Source: a virus. Taken from it: DNA of 64,000 nt. Of this stretch, positions 63,844 through 64,000 are shown in pieces. Each line of letters opens with the position of its first letter. The stretch's first letter is position 1. Below the pieces are notes generated by a model. That model had not been told where the DNA came from. It searched no databases and worked only from the letters and a program-made list of their open reading frames with translations. The position numbers and the translations under genes were made by a program. Location of the stretch: IMG/VR virus record IMGVR_UViG_3300020057_000041, positions 3,455 through 67,454 of that record. One strand, given 5' to 3'.

Positions 63844-64000
63844 ATCCTGCTCCCGCAAGTAGTGCTGTGAAAAGCTGCGATACGCTTTGGCCGGCTTCCT
63901 TGGCTGCCCGGTGCGCGTGATGCCGCGTGGCTGGGCTCACTCGCAGCTCCATGCGGGCTGTCTTGCCCTCGCCGGGTGGGAGGGCTGGTCGGCCTTGGCG
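63830..64000 (-). CDS. ribbon-helix-helix-like protein, 5' truncated by window edge
   Basis: Manual translation ...GRPALPPGEGKTARMELRVSPATRHHAHRAAKEAGQSVSQLFTALL... Confidence 0.55.
   Translation of the reverse strand, partial: RQGRPALPPGEGKTARMELRVSPATRHHAHRAAKEAGQSVSQLFTALLAGAGYETR

Noticed and set aside
63830-64000. Possible continuation of gmhB if the window were the exact circular genome
   Set aside because: The right edge encodes an RHH-like protein, not a GmhB C-terminus, so some sequence is missing between the ends.

Overview
The window is most or all of a tailed-phage genome (podovirus-like, probably infecting a betaproteobacterium). Positions 1-11.7 kb (- strand) hold a cro-led replication/nin-like operon. 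Positions 11.7-22.7 kb (+ strand) hold a short repressor, ERF/YqaJ/SSB recombination genes and many small accessory genes. Positions 22.8-63.6 kb (- strand) hold the late region: TerS, TerL, portal, scaffold, major capsid, tail and ejection proteins, a 3425-aa polyvalent protein, lysis genes and two tRNAs. Three things stand out. (1) A ~1.6 kb cassette (1692-3300) with a stand-alone Cas7/RAMP-like gene, a partner gene and two non-coding (GGC-NN)n arrays cut into 6-8-unit blocks by a 4-nt GGCA unit. It is flanked by a duplicated gene end and is a candidate RNA-guided system. (2) A dispersed heptose-activation pathway (gmhA, HldA-type kinase, gmhB, HldC-type transferase) plus a methyltransferase-GT9 fusion among the head genes, a candidate virion heptosylation system. 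(3) Eight copies of a TTGCCCCCGG(C/T)(A/G) site at a fixed distance upstream of 17-nt-spaced -35/-10 boxes, defining an activator-dependent late regulon. All calls come from manual motif reading; no database search was run.
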